A stretch of 63,584 nucleotides of DNA, counting the filler, from Octopus bimaculoides (lineage: Eukaryota), in assembly GCF_001194135.2 (NCBI RefSeq). It is 7 parts of 7 records of this genome, joined end to end, with 100 filler letters (N's around TTAATTAATTAA, not from the genome) between each part and the next. Parts side by side here need not be neighbours in the genome. Positions count along the whole stretch, not along the records: positions 59,516 to 63,584 come from NC_068983.1; 6 more parts are not named here. One strand, given 5' to 3'. The notes beneath the pieces were generated by a model. That model made no database searches. It worked only from the letters and a program-made list of their open reading frames with translations, and was not told the DNA's origin. How positions within the stretch are numbered: position 1 is the stretch's first letter; each line of letters opens with the position of its first letter. The position numbers and the translations under genes were made by a program. Shown here piece after piece: positions 61,585 through 63,584 of this stretch.

Positions 61585-62395
61585 TGTTTGTGTGTATAAT
61601 ATGCCAGGTTATCTTGCGTTATCACAGACCTAAATTAAACTAGATAACAGTCGCGCTGAGAGGAGTTTATATGAACAATATTTATATTACGAGAATATGC
61701 ATATTCATTCTTGATATGTCGCGGCAAATTCGAAAGGGAATACGCTACTTACTTTACTATTTCGTCCTTGGAAAATACGTAAACTCCCTCAGACAAGTGT
61801 GCGTTCATAAAACACTGGATGCATTAGCGTAGGAGATTATTGGGTCAACTGTTGTTTCAATATTATTGTGTATCCTCAGCCAATTCCCCGGAATTCAGTA
61901 AGAGTTCGTGGCTCTTGTTTGTAACTTCAACTACCACATTATTTTCTCTTGTGTACTGATACTTACCAACTCATAATAAACCGTCATGTGTATGCTGAAG
62001 AGCTAAAATCGAAATTATGAATTACATACTAATTTTCCATGCATTCCAACAGATTTGAACGTGAATTTTCTTATCACTTTTGTATTTTATTATTGGAGAT
62101 CAAGTTTTCGTTTCAACCGCCTGTGTTTTCATAATATATTTCATTCGTATACCTAAAGAGAATTTTGGGCACCCGATGTAAAAATATTTTTGTTACTGCT
62201 CTGACATACTCTACCCCAAAACGAATCTTGTTTATAACGTCAGACATGCAATTATAATAACAACTGCTAATCTAGAAATGTAATATATTGGTGTAGAAAC
62301 TACATACACCATATTTGGTCAATTACGCTATACGGCTGCTGAGGTAGTTTAAGTATTTAGGTATTCTGTTCAATATATGTGTCAACACAAACACA

Positions 62396-62464
<69 letters not shown>

Positions 62465-63584
62465 ATTGAGTCATTTGAGAGGGATTATCAATCACGACAA
62501 AATACTTCATCCCTGTTGGCACACTCGGCTAGCAATGTTGTTATACATGCATACACACACATATATATATGCATGTATGTGTGCATGTATGTATATATAT
62601 ATGTATGTATGTATGTGTATGTATTTACATGTCCATATTTGTGAGAGGGCATTTTCCTATGTGTTTGGGTAAGTATATGATTGTATCGTGTGCCAGTAAA
62701 TGAACGTGAGTTCATTAAGAACATATAACTCCTAGCAACCAACAAAAACTAACGAACAGCCTGATGCGATGCTTGCTAAATGATATGCTTCATAACAAAC
62801 GAACTGAACAAAAGAAACAAACTCAACAAAAGACATTCACCCTGTTGATCCTCTTATTTTAATGATTAATCGGTACAATATATCTGGCAAATAATTACAC
62901 GTTTCATTTCTTAATTGCATCTTAATTGGAAAGAAGTGGATTAATAATGCTACGTGTGCCTTGCAGTATCTTGCTAGAGAGGAATTCAGTTTTGTCTTCT
63001 TTAGCATCTGTCATTTGTACTGACTTTGCTGATGAATATACATAACATTTTGCTGCGCATTTTCGATTATTATTTCCAATATATGAAATAACCTTTTATG
63101 GATAATTCCTGTTTTGGGATGTTTTTGCAATTTATTATTATTTTTCGATTAATATATCTTGTTTCGCTTATATATTTGATAGTTATTTTTTTGTCTATAC
63201 ATTTCTATGAAAGATGCTGTACATTGACTATTATTTACGAGATGCCATGTTGATATTTTCAGCCACACAGTCGGATACGATTATATTACGATAAATTGTT
63301 ACCACTTAAATTACTTGGGCTACTGTTACCAGAAGGTTATTTTTTTATTGTATTCATGTAGTTTTCAACAAGTGTATAAAACATATGAACACACTCCATC
63401 CTTCTGCATCTATATATGCGTATGTGTGTATGTGGCTGAATGTTTGTGCACACACACACTCAAGCACATATGTATACACACAAATCAAAAGTATAAAAGC
63501 AAACACAGGAAAATCAACAAAAGTCAAAAGGACGTACACAGGAAATGTATAAATATATATCATATATATATATATATATATATA

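Overview
AT-rich, microsatellite-dense, gappy eukaryotic genomic DNA. The SINE, MITE and transposon repertoire looks like Octopus (an inference from recalled repeat families, not a database result). The one well-supported host gene is on the minus strand: six phase-compatible exons (25490 down to 16037) that splice into the end of an Ig domain plus about 2.3 fibronectin type III domains, an IgSF/FN3 surface protein of LAR/PTP69D-type receptor phosphatase or DCC-like architecture. The rest is mostly decayed mobile DNA: a Tigger/pogo, several mariners, three Penelope-like elements (PLEs), three R4/Dong-type RLE retrotransposon fragments, several tRNA-derived SINE families, foldback MITEs, a dispersed 18S rRNA pseudogene fragment and tandem repeats. 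The most interesting signal is a tRNA-headed SINE-like element at 52312-52679, present as a head-to-head pair, whose body has the layout of a minimal PLE-type hammerhead ribozyme; both copies are mutated. A second, weaker cluster of hammerhead-like motifs lies at 24073-24348. Most ORFs in the supplied track are artefacts of microsatellites and N gaps, and six TTAATTAATTAA islands inside 100-nt gaps are assembly linkers.
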